DNA from: Nautiliaceae bacterium
Lineage (GTDB): Bacteria; Campylobacterota; Campylobacteria; Campylobacterales; Nautiliaceae
NCBI GenBank assembly: GCA_039831155.1
Contig: JBDONT010000029.1
Coordinates: 529-64,528, forward strand
Direction: 5' to 3'
DNA: 64,000 nt
Below the pieces are notes generated by a model. That model ran no database searches. It was not told the DNA's origin and saw only the letters and a program-made list of their open reading frames with translations. Shown here in pieces: positions 21,375 through 31,285 of the stretch. Each line of letters starts with the position of its first letter. The first letter of the stretch is position 1. Made by a program: the position numbers and the translations under genes.

Positions 21375-22116
21375 CTTTTTTCTTTTTACTAGGCTTTGCA
21401 AATTCTATCAAATCCTCTCCCGTTTGAATTTCTTTTGGTAAGTTATCTAAAGCCATTAAAAATATTCTAGCGGTAGTTTTTGCATCTCCTAAAGCTCTGT
21501 GATGAACCTCTTGAGGCAAATCCAATTCTTCCATTAAATATTTAAGTCCGTATCTTGAAGCTTTAAGGGTTTTTTGAGAAAGAGTTAACGTACACAAAAA
21601 TCTGTTTAAAAGCACTCCTAAATTCTCTTTTTCAAACTGTCTGGCTAAAAAATTAAAATCAAAATCGGCAGCGTGGGCTACAAATATACTATCCCCTAAA
21701 AAAAGTCTGAATTTTTTCAAAATCTCTTTTTGAGATTTTTCATTTTTTAGCATTTTTTGATTAATTCCGGTTACCCTCTCTACATAAACGGGTACGTCTT
21801 TTGCATAAATTAAAAAATCAAAAGTATCTACTATTTGTAAATTTTTTATTTTAACCGCCCCTATTTCTATAGCCTGGCCTACATCCGGTTTTGAATTGTT
21901 AACCTCAATATCAACAATACAATACTCGCACTCTTCATAAGGAATTATGGCAGTTTTTAAAATTACAAAATCACCGTCTTGAGTAATAGGAAGACCTTGA
22001 AAAGTTAAAATATCCATAATACTTTCAAATTTAAATCCGGGATAAAACTTTTGCATTAAATTAACAAACTCTTCTTTTTTTATACCCTCTTTTAATTTTT
22101 CTATAATACCGTCCAT
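21358..22116 (-). CDS. DEDDh 3'-5' exonuclease (DnaQ/epsilon-like)
   Basis: DIE (ExoI), AHAADFD (ExoII), HRALGDA (ExoIII). Confidence 0.85.
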   Translation of the reverse strand: MDGIIEKLKEGIKKEEFVNLMQKFYPGFKFESIMDILTFQGLPITQDGDFVILKTAIIPYEECEYCIVDIEVNNSKPDVGQAIEIGAVKIKNLQIVDTFDFLIYAKDVPVYVERVTGINQKMLKNEKSQKEILKKFRLFLGDSIFVAHAADFDFNFLARQFEKENLGVLLNRFLCTLTLSQKTLKASRYGLKYLMEELDLPQEVHHRALGDAKTTARIFLMALDNLPKEIQTGEDLIEFAKPSKKKKAKKSK

Positions 22117-22255
22117 TACTCGCTTTTTTTATGCAATTATAACATAACGAAAAAATAACAAAAACTTACAATAATGGAAAATTTTTATTATTTAATATAT
22201 TTTTTTATTGATTTTACTCTTTTTTTCGATATAATACATAAAATTTTTTCAAAGG

Positions 22256-23320
22256 ATGATGATGGTTTTAGTAATGAAGGTTGGTGCAACAAAAGATGAA
22301 ATCAACCAAACAATAGAACAAATAAAAAAATGGGGTCACGACGTTAGTTTAGCTCCGGGAGAAAAACAGGTGGTTATAGGAATTATAGGAGATAAAACCG
22401 ACTTAGCCGGAAGACCTTTAAATACACTTCCGGGAGTTGCAAAAGTACTTGAAGTTTCAGCTCCTTATAAAAGAGCAAGTAGAGAGTTTCATCCGGAAGA
22501 TACTATCATAGATATCGAGGGTGTAAAAGTAGGTGGAGGACATAAAGTAATAATCGCCGGACCTTGCAGCGTTGATACTGTAGAAAACGTTGTATACCTT
22601 GCAAAAGTAGCAAAAGAAAACGGTGCACAAATGTTAAGAGGCGGAGCTTATAAACCTAGAACATCTCCGTACACTTTCCAAGGTCACGGAGAAGACGGAC
22701 TAAAAATGTTAGCGGAAGCAAAAGCCGAAACGGGACTTCCTATCGTAACAGAACTTATGAGTATAAAAGATATAGATGTTGTTTATAAATATGCCGATGT
22801 TATCCAAATCGGTGCTAGAAATATGCAAAACTTTCCTTTACTTAAAGAAATAGGAAAACTTGATAAACCGGTAATTCTTAAAAACGGTATCTGCTCAACG
22901 GTAAAAGAGCATTTAATGAGTGCCGAATACATTATGAGCGAAGGAAACAATAAAGTAATACTTTGTCTTAGAGGTACAAGAAGTTATGAAACGGCAGTTA
23001 GAAACACCCTTGACGTAACACTTGTGCCTATTATGCAAAAAATGACTCATTTACCTATTATCGTAGACCCGAGTCACGCAGCAGGTAAAAGAGAATTCGT
23101 AAGTGCCTTAGCTTATGCAGGTATGGCAGTAGGGGCTGACGGATTAATCATAGAAATGCACAACTGTCCGAAAGAAGCACTAAGTGATGGAGACCAAGCA
23201 CTGCTTCCAAGAGATTTTGAATATTTAATGAATAAACTAAAATCTCTAAACGCTTGGAATCAAAAAGAGTGGTGGGAATTCGATAAGCAAAAAGAAACGG
23301 ATTGTATAAAGGTTAAATAA
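22256..23320 (+). CDS. aroF: DAHP synthase, class I-beta with N-terminal ACT-like regulatory domain
   Basis: AGPCSV, RGGAYKPRTSPYTFQG, IGARNMQNF, DPSH, ALSDGDQ; three tandem ATGs, so the exact start is uncertain. Confidence 0.88.
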   Translation: MMMVLVMKVGATKDEINQTIEQIKKWGHDVSLAPGEKQVVIGIIGDKTDLAGRPLNTLPGVAKVLEVSAPYKRASREFHPEDTIIDIEGVKVGGGHKVIIAGPCSVDTVENVVYLAKVAKENGAQMLRGGAYKPRTSPYTFQGHGEDGLKMLAEAKAETGLPIVTELMSIKDIDVVYKYADVIQIGARNMQNFPLLKEIGKLDKPVILKNGICSTVKEHLMSAEYIMSEGNNKVILCLRGTRSYETAVRNTLDVTLVPIMQKMTHLPIIVDPSHAAGKREFVSALAYAGMAVGADGLIIEMHNCPKEALSDGDQALLPRDFEYLMNKLKSLNAWNQKEWWEFDKQKETDCIKVK

Positions 23321-23358
23321 CCTCTTTCCTCTTCCCTATCCCACTAAAAGGAAATAAA

Positions 23359-24741
23359 ATGAAAAAAGTAAAAATAGTAGCGACTCTAGGACCGTCCTCA
23401 ATAGATAAAATTGCTCAAATGATTAATGCCGGAGTAGATATTTTTAGATTAAATTTTTCTCACGCCGACCATAAAATCCATAAACAATCTATAAAACTTA
23501 TAAGAGAAACTGCAAAAAAACTTAACAGCAAAACCGCTATTTTACAAGATATAAGCGGACCAAAAATCAGAATAGGAGAAATAAAAGGTTTTCTGGAATT
23601 AAAAAGAAACGACAAAATTCGTCTTGTAAAGAAAAATCCTACTTCCATTTATGATTTAACGATAAGCTATCCGGAAATCATAGACCAAGTAAACATAGGA
23701 GAATATGTATTTTTCGCAGATGGAAGTATCCGCACAAAAGTAATTGATAAAGATAAAAACTCTTTAACTTTGGAAGTAAAAAACGAAGGTATTTTATCCA
23801 GTAGAAAAGGTGTCAATTTCCCAAATAGCAATCTTAAAATTTCCGCAATTACACCAAAAGACGAAAAAGATTTAATTTTCGGTGCAAAAAACGGTGTAGA
23901 TATAGTGGCTATCTCTTTTGTAAACAGCAAAAAAGATATTTTAAAAGCAAAAGAAATATTAAAATCACACCAAGCGAATCCTTGGGTAATCGCAAAAATA
24001 GAAACGAAACAAGCCGTAGAAAATCTTGATGAAATCTTAGAAGTTAGCGACGGTGTAATGGTAGCCAGAGGAGATTTGGGAATAGAAGTCGGAATAGAAA
24101 AAGTACCGGTAATTCAAAAGAAAATTATCCGTCGTGCCAATAAACTAAAAAAACCGGTAATTACCGCCACTCAAATGCTTTTATCAATGGTAAACTCACC
24201 ATTCCCTACCCGTGCGGAAGTGAGCGACGTAGCAAACGCCGTAATGGACGGAAGTGACGGAGTTATGCTAAGCGATGAAACGACTGTCGGTAAATATCCG
24301 GTAAAAGCCGTAGAAACACTAAAAAACGTTATTCTAGAAACTCAAAATATTTATCCTTACTATAAAAAATATGAAATAGAAGACAGTGATGCAATTGCAG
24401 CTAGTGTCGCCGATTTATGTAAAGGAACAAATCCTAAAGCAATCGTATGCTTTACAAGTTCAGGTACTACCGTAAAATCCATAGCAAAATACAGACCAAA
24501 ATCTCCTATATTCGCAGTAACTCATTGTATAAAAACAAGTCGGAAATTAAATATAGTTTGGGGAGTAACACCTCTATTTGAAATATCAAAAATTAAAACC
24601 CCGGAAAAACTTATTGAAAAGTTCAAAGAATTAGCGGTAAAAAGCGGCTATTTTAAAAAAGGAGATATGGTAATTATTACAATGGGTAGTTTAGTAGGAA
24701 AAGAAGGAACTACCAATATGATTAGAATAATAGAAATTTAA
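23359..24741 (+). CDS. pyk: Pyruvate kinase
   Basis: KIVATLGP, RLNFSH, SSRKGVN, IAKIE, MVARGDLG, ATQML, DGVMLS. Confidence 0.97.
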   Translation: MKKVKIVATLGPSSIDKIAQMINAGVDIFRLNFSHADHKIHKQSIKLIRETAKKLNSKTAILQDISGPKIRIGEIKGFLELKRNDKIRLVKKNPTSIYDLTISYPEIIDQVNIGEYVFFADGSIRTKVIDKDKNSLTLEVKNEGILSSRKGVNFPNSNLKISAITPKDEKDLIFGAKNGVDIVAISFVNSKKDILKAKEILKSHQANPWVIAKIETKQAVENLDEILEVSDGVMVARGDLGIEVGIEKVPVIQKKIIRRANKLKKPVITATQMLLSMVNSPFPTRAEVSDVANAVMDGSDGVMLSDETTVGKYPVKAVETLKNVILETQNIYPYYKKYEIEDSDAIAASVADLCKGTNPKAIVCFTSSGTTVKSIAKYRPKSPIFAVTHCIKTSRKLNIVWGVTPLFEISKIKTPEKLIEKFKELAVKSGYFKKGDMVIITMGSLVGKEGTTNMIRIIEI

Positions 24742-25028
24742 ATTATCTCTTTATCAAAATAAAACTCAATTTCCGGAAAATGGGAGAATAAAAAATCTTC
24801 TATTTTTCTCTCTATCTCACCGGCTAGCTTTTCATTATGAGCCAAAAAACAAAGAGCAAGACTCGCTTCTTTTGGATATTCAGCGGAAATATCAAGAATA
24901 GAGACATTAAATTTTTTTAATTTATCTTTTATAGAGTTTACTATTTTTCTTCTCTCTTTTAGAGAAAAAACAAAAGGTAGTTCAAAATCGACTATTAAAT
25001 TAACTATCACCATCTTTACAAGACTCAC
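24738..25028 (-). CDS. DUF503 (YlxP-like) protein
   Basis: SLKERRKIVNSIKDKLK.FNVS matches the family pattern. Confidence 0.7.
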   Translation of the reverse strand: MSLVKMVIVNLIVDFELPFVFSLKERRKIVNSIKDKLKKFNVSILDISAEYPKEASLALCFLAHNEKLAGEIERKIEDFLFSHFPEIEFYFDKEII

Positions 25029-25401
25029 AAATCCCGTAAATATAAAGTTCTTTATAAGAATTAGGATATCTTTTATCTATTTCTTCCTTTACAACATCAC
25101 TAAAAGGAATATCCTCTACTTTTCCGCATTTTTTACAAATAAAGTGAGCATGAGGTTCTTTTGTAATTTCAAATTTAGGCTTTTGATGTAAACAAATTTC
25201 ACTTATAATATTTTCATCTTTTAAAGCGGTAATGTTTTTATAAATAGTTGCAAGAGAAATTGAAGGAAAAAAATCTCTTATATCATCATATATCTCTTCA
25301 ATACTTGCATGACCTTTTTTTTCAAGTTCTTTTAAAATAGCAAGTCTTTGAGGAGTAATTTTGAGATTTGACTCTTCAAGTAATGATTTTATCTCTTTCA
25401 T
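25000..25401 (-). CDS. perR: Fur-family regulator, PerR-like
   Basis: KITPQR, SLATIYKN, HAHFICKKC and CESC Zn site; directly downstream of ahpC. Confidence 0.75.
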   Translation of the reverse strand: MKEIKSLLEESNLKITPQRLAILKELEKKGHASIEEIYDDIRDFFPSISLATIYKNITALKDENIISEICLHQKPKFEITKEPHAHFICKKCGKVEDIPFSDVVKEEIDKRYPNSYKELYIYGICESCKDGDS

Positions 25402-25459
25402 ATTAACCTTTCTTTTCTTTAAAAATTCAAAAAACTCTTAAAGAAAAGAAAAGGAAAAA

Positions 25460-26209
25460 TTAAGCGTTTTTAAACGCTTTTACCATTTCTTCCATTTCTT
25501 TTACATCATTTTCATCAATTAAATCATTAACTGTTACATACGCTCCAACATTTCCTGTCATAGGTTCGATATCTGTGTTAACCGGAAGCGTTTTTTTACC
25601 AGGTTTCCAGTTAGCCGGGCATACTTCACCAGTTTTATATGCGTGTTGATGAGCGATAATTTGTCTTACGAATTCTTTTACGCTTCTACCTACCGGTGGT
25701 GCTTGAACTTCTTGAGCTACGATTTGTCCGTCCGGATTAATTAAAAATCTACCTCTTAAAGCAAGCCCGGCACCTTCAATCATTACACCGAATTTTCTTG
25801 TAACTTCACCTGTCGGGTCAGCTGCAATTGTAAGTTTAAGGTCTTTAAGTAGTGGTTCGGTTTCTACAAATCTTTTATGTGAGAATTTTGTATCAGTTGA
25901 AACTGCAAGTACCTCAACACCTAATTCTTTTAAGTATGGTAATGCTGCGTTCATTGCTGCGATTTCAGTAGGACATACGAATGTAAAGTCTGCCGGATAA
26001 AAACATACAACAGTCCATTTTCCTTTATAATCTTCGCTACTTACTTCTGTATAATGTCCAGTTTCTGCGTTATAAGCTTCCATTTTGAATTCCGGCATAT
26101 TTTTAAGAACCAATACACCTTCTTGAGTTTTGATTTCTTCCATTGTTACCTCCTTAGTTTGTGAGTTTTCAGCTTGTGATAACTCTTTTGTATCTTTTTC
26201 GCATGCCAT
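25460..26209 (-). CDS. ahpC: 2-Cys peroxiredoxin (AhpC); alternative start at 26143
   Basis: YPADFTFVCPTEI, LRGRF, GEVCPANW. The start was moved from the ORF-track 26284 because a GGAGG SD precedes ATG 26209. Confidence 0.92.
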   Translation of the reverse strand: MACEKDTKELSQAENSQTKEVTMEEIKTQEGVLVLKNMPEFKMEAYNAETGHYTEVSSEDYKGKWTVVCFYPADFTFVCPTEIAAMNAALPYLKELGVEVLAVSTDTKFSHKRFVETEPLLKDLKLTIAADPTGEVTRKFGVMIEGAGLALRGRFLINPDGQIVAQEVQAPPVGRSVKEFVRQIIAHQHAYKTGEVCPANWKPGKKTLPVNTDIEPMTGNVGAYVTVNDLIDENDVKEMEEMVKAFKNA

Positions 26210-26239
26210 ATAGCACCTCCATTGTTTTTTTACATCGTA

Positions 26240-26268
26240 ATTATATTCTTTTAAAACTTTTTTGTCAA
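26240..26268 (-). promoter_or_regulatory. Consensus housekeeping-sigma promoter of ahpC-perR
   Basis: TTGACA (26268-26263), 17-nt spacer, TATAAT (26245-26240). Confidence 0.85.
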
Positions 26269-26301
26269 GGAAAAAGAGAAACAAAAGAAAAAAATTTTCC
26301 T

Positions 26302-26673
26302 TTAGAAGATTTTATCAAGTTCTAAATTATAAAAAAGATTGGGATGTTCAAGTTTAACCCTGTTAACAACCTCATCAATACTAGCGTCTTTATCTTTTTT
26401 CATTTCTTCTAAAACAACGGCTTTTACATCATCATAATCAATAGGAAACTCACTAAGAATAGCTTTTTCAAGCTTTAATTCAAAATTTTCTTTTAAACTC
26501 TTTTTTAAAAGCTCCATCTCTTTTAAATACTCTTCGGCTTTTAAAGCCACTCTAATTTCATTATTAATCTCTAAAAGCCAAATGTCATTATTCAAATTAC
26601 CTTCAATCAGCTCAAATTCTTTACATCGTACGATAGTGTTTTTACCTATTTTTTTTGCTATCTTTTCAACCAA
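26302..26673 (-). CDS. DUF2603-like Campylobacterota protein
   Basis: [10 protein letters not shown]...VKLEHPNLF; follows argF as in Campylobacter. Confidence 0.6.
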   Translation of the reverse strand: MVEKIAKKIGKNTIVRCKEFELIEGNLNNDIWLLEINNEIRVALKAEEYLKEMELLKKSLKENFELKLEKAILSEFPIDYDDVKAVVLEEMKKDKDASIDEVVNRVKLEHPNLFYNLELDKIF

Positions 26674-27587
26674 ACCATCAATCCTTTCTGTGCGTGAAGT
26701 CTGTTTTCAGCTTCTGTAAATACCTCTTCACTGTGGGATTCAAAAACATCTTCGCTAACTTCATATCCTCTGTAAGCCGGAAGACAGTGAAGAAAAATCG
26801 CTTCTTTTTTTGCAAGTTTCATTAATTCGTCATTTACTTCAAAACCTTTAAAATCTTTTATTCTCTTTTCTTTTTCATCCTCTTGTCCCATACTAACCCA
26901 CGTATCGGTAGTTACTACATCCGCTTCTTTTACTGCCTCTTTCGGGTCGTTTAAAAAGTTTATTTTAGCACCGCTTATTTTGGCAAACTCCAAAGCTTTG
27001 TTTTTTATATTTTCATCAATTTCATACCCTTTAGGAGTTGCTATATTTAGTTTAAACCCAAGTTTACTAGCAAGAATAGCCCACGAATTAGCCATATTAT
27101 TACCATCTCCCACATATGCGACAAGAGTTTTTTGAGGATTATTAAAATCAAATTTACCAAATTCAATCATCGTCATCAAATCCGCTAAAAGCTGGACCGG
27201 ATGGCATAAATCCGTAAGTCCGTTAATTACCGGTACTTTTGAATATTTGGCAAACTCTTCAAGCCTCTCTTGCCCGAAAGTCCTAATCATTACCAAATCA
27301 ACCATTCTGGTTATTACTCTTGCAGTGTCTTTTAAAGGTTCTCCTCTTCCGAGCTGAATATCTCTGCTACTTAAAAAAAGTGCATCCCCACCTAATTGAT
27401 TCATACCGACCTCAAAAGAAACCCTTGTACGAGTAGAGCTTTTTTCAAAAATCATAGCAAGCTGCATATTTTTCAAATAGGGTTTAAAAATTCCGGCTTT
27501 TGTCTCTTTTTTTATCTGAAAACCTAAATCGATTATTTCTTTTATTTCCTCTTTTGTATAATCACATAACCATAAAAAATGTCTCAA
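26658..27587 (-). CDS. argF: Ornithine carbamoyltransferase
   Basis: STRTR carbamoyl-phosphate motif, HPVQ, TWVSMG, HCLP. Confidence 0.97.
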   Translation of the reverse strand: MRHFLWLCDYTKEEIKEIIDLGFQIKKETKAGIFKPYLKNMQLAMIFEKSSTRTRVSFEVGMNQLGGDALFLSSRDIQLGRGEPLKDTARVITRMVDLVMIRTFGQERLEEFAKYSKVPVINGLTDLCHPVQLLADLMTMIEFGKFDFNNPQKTLVAYVGDGNNMANSWAILASKLGFKLNIATPKGYEIDENIKNKALEFAKISGAKINFLNDPKEAVKEADVVTTDTWVSMGQEDEKEKRIKDFKGFEVNDELMKLAKKEAIFLHCLPAYRGYEVSEDVFESHSEEVFTEAENRLHAQKGLMVWLKR

Positions 27588-27663
27588 TTTTAATCCTTAT
27601 TCTTTTTTTAATGCACTTTGGGTTTTTATTTAAGATATAATTTTATCAAAAAAAGGAGATTTT

Positions 27664-28221
27664 TTGAAAATTTCAGAAGTCGCAAATTTACCCACACAAT
27701 ACGGAAATTTTAAAATACAGTCCTTTAAAGAAGGAAATAAAGAGCATTTAGCTATTTTCACCTCAATAATGCCGAAAGTTCCTTTTGTAAGAATTCACAG
27801 TGAATGTTTAACGGGAGACGCTTTAAAAAGTTTAAAATGCGATTGTGGGGAGCAGTTGGAGTTTGCCTTAAAAACAATAGCAAAAGAGGGAGGAATACTT
27901 TTATATTTAAGACAGGAAGGAAGAGGCATAGGACTTTTTAACAAAGTAAACGCATACGCACTTCAAGATAAAGGCTTGGATACGGTAGAAGCAAATCATC
28001 AGTTAGGTTTTGAAGCAGATATGAGAGATTTTTCAATAGTGGAAAAAATTTTAAAACATTTCGGAATAAATAAAATAAATCTCCTTACAAACAATCCAAA
28101 AAAAGAATTCGCTTTTAAAGAAATAGAAGTTGTAAAAAGAATACCTATTATAATAAAACCAAATCCGTATAATGAAAACTATCTGAAAACAAAAAAGGAA
28201 AAATTAGGTCATAAATTATAA
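27664..28221 (+). CDS. ribA: GTP cyclohydrolase II
   Basis: RIHSECLTGD..SLKCDCG, QEGRGIGL, LLTNNP. Confidence 0.96.
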   Translation: MKISEVANLPTQYGNFKIQSFKEGNKEHLAIFTSIMPKVPFVRIHSECLTGDALKSLKCDCGEQLEFALKTIAKEGGILLYLRQEGRGIGLFNKVNAYALQDKGLDTVEANHQLGFEADMRDFSIVEKILKHFGINKINLLTNNPKKEFAFKEIEVVKRIPIIIKPNPYNENYLKTKKEKLGHKL

Positions 28222-28247
28222 ACCGGACCTTTAAATAAAGGAAAAAG

Positions 28248-28781
28248 ATGGATAAATTTGAAATTTTTACAAATGAACTTTTAAAATGGAATAAAGTCCA
28301 CAAACTTACAAATTACAAAACAAAAGAAGAGATAAAAGCCCAAATAGAAGACTCTTTATATCCATTAGAAAAAATCAAACATTTAAGTACAGCCCTTGAT
28401 ATAGGTACGGGTGCCGGATTTCCGGGACTTATTTTGGCAATTGCTATGCCTAATACCAAATGGTACCTAGTAGAACCTCTTAAAAAAAGATATTCGTTTT
28501 TAAATTATATGAAAATAAAGCTGGGATTAAAAAACACTTCCGTAATACCTTCAAGATTGGAAAACACCGACATTAAACCGGTAGAACTTATAACGACAAG
28601 AGCCGTAATGCCTACAAGGGAAATTTTACAAATTGCCCTTCCTTACCTGAAAAAAAATGGTACAATACTTTTATACAAAGGTTCCGGTATTTCAGAGGAA
28701 TTACAAAAAATTCCGTATAAAGCCGAAATTATTCAAAAAGGAACCAGAAATTACGTATTTTTAAAGGATTTAAATGGGTAA
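28248..28781 (+). CDS. rsmG: 16S rRNA m7G527 methyltransferase
   Basis: LLKWNKVHKLT, DIGTGAGFPG, ITTRAV. Confidence 0.92.
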   Translation: MDKFEIFTNELLKWNKVHKLTNYKTKEEIKAQIEDSLYPLEKIKHLSTALDIGTGAGFPGLILAIAMPNTKWYLVEPLKKRYSFLNYMKIKLGLKNTSVIPSRLENTDIKPVELITTRAVMPTREILQIALPYLKKNGTILLYKGSGISEELQKIPYKAEIIQKGTRNYVFLKDLNG

Positions 28782-28968
28782 AATTATTTTATTATTATTA
28801 ATTATAGGTGGAATTTACTTTTTCTTTATAAAAAAGACTCTTCAAAAAACAGAAGAAGAGGAAAACGAATTTCAACAATGCGACAAATGTAAAACATTTG
28901 TTTTAAAAAAAGAATTAAAAGAAAAAAACGGTCAACTTTTATGCAAGGACTGTTATGCTAATTCTTGA
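28774..28968 (+). CDS. Small membrane protein with CxxC...CxxC (PP0621-like)
   Basis: N-terminal TM, CDKC and CKDC. Confidence 0.55.
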   Translation: MGKIILLLLIIGGIYFFFIKKTLQKTEEEENEFQQCDKCKTFVLKKELKEKNGQLLCKDCYANS

Positions 28969-29332
28969 AAAGCCGTTTTGTGAAGAAGAGTTTTTATACG
29001 TAAAAACGCTAGAAGATATAAAAAACTCAAAACCGAATACCACTCTTATTTTTCATTACTGCGATTCCTCTCTTGAACTGTTTAATTTTTGTAAGCTAAA
29101 CAATATCGAATACGGAGTTATCGTAAATTCTGTAAAAGAGCTGATATTTTGTGCCAATTTAAATGCCAAATATCTTTTTTGCGAAAATTTAAAAAAAGCA
29201 AAAGAATTTCAAAAAATTGCCGATAATTATTTACTAGATTCGAAAATAGTATTTTTAGCGGATTCTCTAAATGAGATAGAAGAGATATCAAAATACACAA
29301 TTGATGCAATAAAATTAAAGGGGAACAAATGA
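28955..29332 (+). CDS. Hypothetical protein
   Basis: Overlaps both neighbours and has normal codon style; no motif recognised. Confidence 0.6.
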   Translation: MLILEKPFCEEEFLYVKTLEDIKNSKPNTTLIFHYCDSSLELFNFCKLNNIEYGVIVNSVKELIFCANLNAKYLFCENLKKAKEFQKIADNYLLDSKIVFLADSLNEIEEISKYTIDAIKLKGNK

Positions 29333-29862
29333 GAAAACCTAAAGTAACGCCTACAAATAAAGAAGTTGTTTTAAAAGAAGAAGATTTTATCATCTCAAAA
29401 ACCGATTTAAAAAGTAAAATTATTTACGGAAACCAGATTTTTATCCAAATGAGCGGATACTCCGAAAAAGAACTCTTAGGCAAACCTCATAACATCTTAA
29501 GACATCCGGATATGCCAAGATGTGCTTTTAAAGTATTATACGACCACATAGAAAACGGAAAAGAGTGGTTCGGATATGTTAAAAACCTAAGAAAAGACGG
29601 AGGGTATTATTGGGTGTTTGCAAACATCTCTCCTACATACGACACAAACGGAAACTTAATAGGTTATTATTCAGTAAGAAGAAAACCAAGAGACGGCTTT
29701 AAATCAATAATAGAACCTCTTTATCAATCTTTAATAAGCATAGAAGCATCCGGTGGAATGGAAGCTTCTTTAAATGAAGTTGAAAACCTTTTAAAAAAGT
29801 ATAATATGACTTTTAATGAAGTAATGCTAAAAATACAAAAAGGAATTATCAATGAACTATAA
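29329..29862 (+). CDS. cetB: CetB-like PAS protein (bipartite Aer)
   Basis: [32 protein letters not shown]; coupled to an MCP gene. Confidence 0.75.
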   Translation: MRKPKVTPTNKEVVLKEEDFIISKTDLKSKIIYGNQIFIQMSGYSEKELLGKPHNILRHPDMPRCAFKVLYDHIENGKEWFGYVKNLRKDGGYYWVFANISPTYDTNGNLIGYYSVRRKPRDGFKSIIEPLYQSLISIEASGGMEASLNEVENLLKKYNMTFNEVMLKIQKGIINEL

Positions 29863-31285
29863 CAAAATAGCACAAATAAGCTCAAGTGTTTTATTTTTGG
29901 TTATAACAGGATACGGTGTTTACACTCAAAGCTACTTAATAGCCGCAATAGCTTTTATCGGGTTTATAATAACTTTAATTCCGATTTTCACTCAAAAATC
30001 AAACCAAGATTTATTAGACCCTCTTGCAAAAGAGATTGAAGAGGTGTTAATTACGGCATCAAACGGAAACTTTGAAAAAAGAATTACCAATATAGACTTG
30101 CAAAATCCTTTCGCAAAATCGGCATGGGCGTTAAACGACCTTTTAGACCAGCTAGAAGCGTTTGAAAGAGACATTAAAGAATCTATAGAAGCAGCTAAAA
30201 ACGGAATCGATTATCGCGATATCGCCCCTCAAGGATACAAAGGAATCTTTAGAAGAACGGTTATTATGCTAAATGAAGCTATTGACGCAATTTCAACCTC
30301 CCTAAAAGAACAAGCAAGAAGCGAACTTGCAATGATCCTTAACAACTTAGGTGGAGGTATGAAAAAACAAATTAACGACATAAAAATCTCTCTTGATACG
30401 AAACTAAAAGAATTTATGATAAAAATAGACAATTTATCAGGCGAAATATATGAAGGTGCGGATGCAAGTGCGGTTAAAGTAGAAAACCTCACAATGGTAT
30501 TAAACGAGTTAATAGACTTCATATCTCATACAAACGAAGCTATTAATATGCTATCTCAAAGAACTGATGAAATCGGAAAAATCGTAGAATTAATCACCGA
30601 TATCGCAGACCAGACAAATCTACTTGCCCTAAACGCGGCAATTGAAGCTGCTCGTGCCGGAGAACACGGACGCGGTTTTGCAGTAGTTGCGGATGAAGTT
30701 AGAAAACTGGCGGAACGCACTCAAAAAGCTACAAGTGAAATTTCAATCACAATTAAAACATTGCAACAAGAAACAAGCGATATCCAGGCAAATTCCGATA
30801 AAATAACCGAAATGGCGGTAACCTCAAGAGAAGACATAGAATCAGTACAAGAGATAATAGTAGGCTTTAGAGACAAATCTTTAGAAAATAGAAAAAATGT
30901 TGATTTTGCATTAACAAGAATGCTTATGGACTTAGCAAAAATCTCTCACTTACTATACAAACTTAACGCTCACGAAGCTATTATAGAAGAAAAAGAGATA
31001 AAAATAGCAAATGAAAATGAATGTGACTTCGGCAGATGGCTACAAAACCAAGAAACAATCCAAAAAATAGGATGTTTCAGTGAATATAAAACAATAAAAG
31101 ATAATCTTCATAAGAAAGTCCATCAAGAAGTAACCAATGCTCTTGAATGCGTAAAAGATAAAAGCTGTATAAAAAACAAAGACAAAACTATAGAAAAATT
31201 CGAAGAAATTGAACAAATTTCACAACAATTATCTTCGACATTAGATAATTTATTTGAAAAATATATAAAAGAGTCTTGTAAATGA
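29852..31285 (+). CDS. cetA: CetA-like methyl-accepting chemotaxis protein with C-terminal CZB domain
   Basis: Adjacent N-terminal TM hairpin without a periplasmic domain, [39 protein letters not shown], and CZB-type H...CDFGRW...HKKVH. Confidence 0.75.
   Translation: MNYNKIAQISSSVLFLVITGYGVYTQSYLIAAIAFIGFIITLIPIFTQKSNQDLLDPLAKEIEEVLITASNGNFEKRITNIDLQNPFAKSAWALNDLLDQLEAFERDIKESIEAAKNGIDYRDIAPQGYKGIFRRTVIMLNEAIDAISTSLKEQARSELAMILNNLGGGMKKQINDIKISLDTKLKEFMIKIDNLSGEIYEGADASAVKVENLTMVLNELIDFISHTNEAINMLSQRTDEIGKIVELITDIADQTNLLALNAAIEAARAGEHGRGFAVVADEVRKLAERTQKATSEISITIKTLQQETSDIQANSDKITEMAVTSREDIESVQEIIVGFRDKSLENRKNVDFALTRMLMDLAKISHLLYKLNAHEAIIEEKEIKIANENECDFGRWLQNQETIQKIGCFSEYKTIKDNLHKKVHQEVTNALECVKDKSCIKNKDKTIEKFEEIEQISQQLSSTLDNLFEKYIKESCK

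Noticed and set aside
25460-26209. Possible selenocysteine in the peroxiredoxin
   Set aside because: Both active-site residues are ordinary Cys codons; no in-frame TGA
26210-26284. ORF-track N-terminal extension of AhpC (MFLFFLDKK...)
   Set aside because: Overlaps the TTGACA/TATAAT promoter and lies upstream of the SD, so it is not translated
26302-28221. hemB/hemN missing from the argF-ribA neighbourhood compared with C. jejuni
   Set aside because: Ordinary synteny difference; no remnant or scar visible
28231-28243. CCTTT-AAAT-AAAGG hairpin over the rsmG SD
   Set aside because: Only 5-6 mostly A-U pairs; too weak to claim regulation
29219-29226. GCCGATAA (sigma28 -10) about 100 nt upstream of the cetB-like gene
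   Set aside because: Lies within coding sequence (IADN) and has AAAA rather than TAAA at -35; similar strings occur by chance in other ORFs
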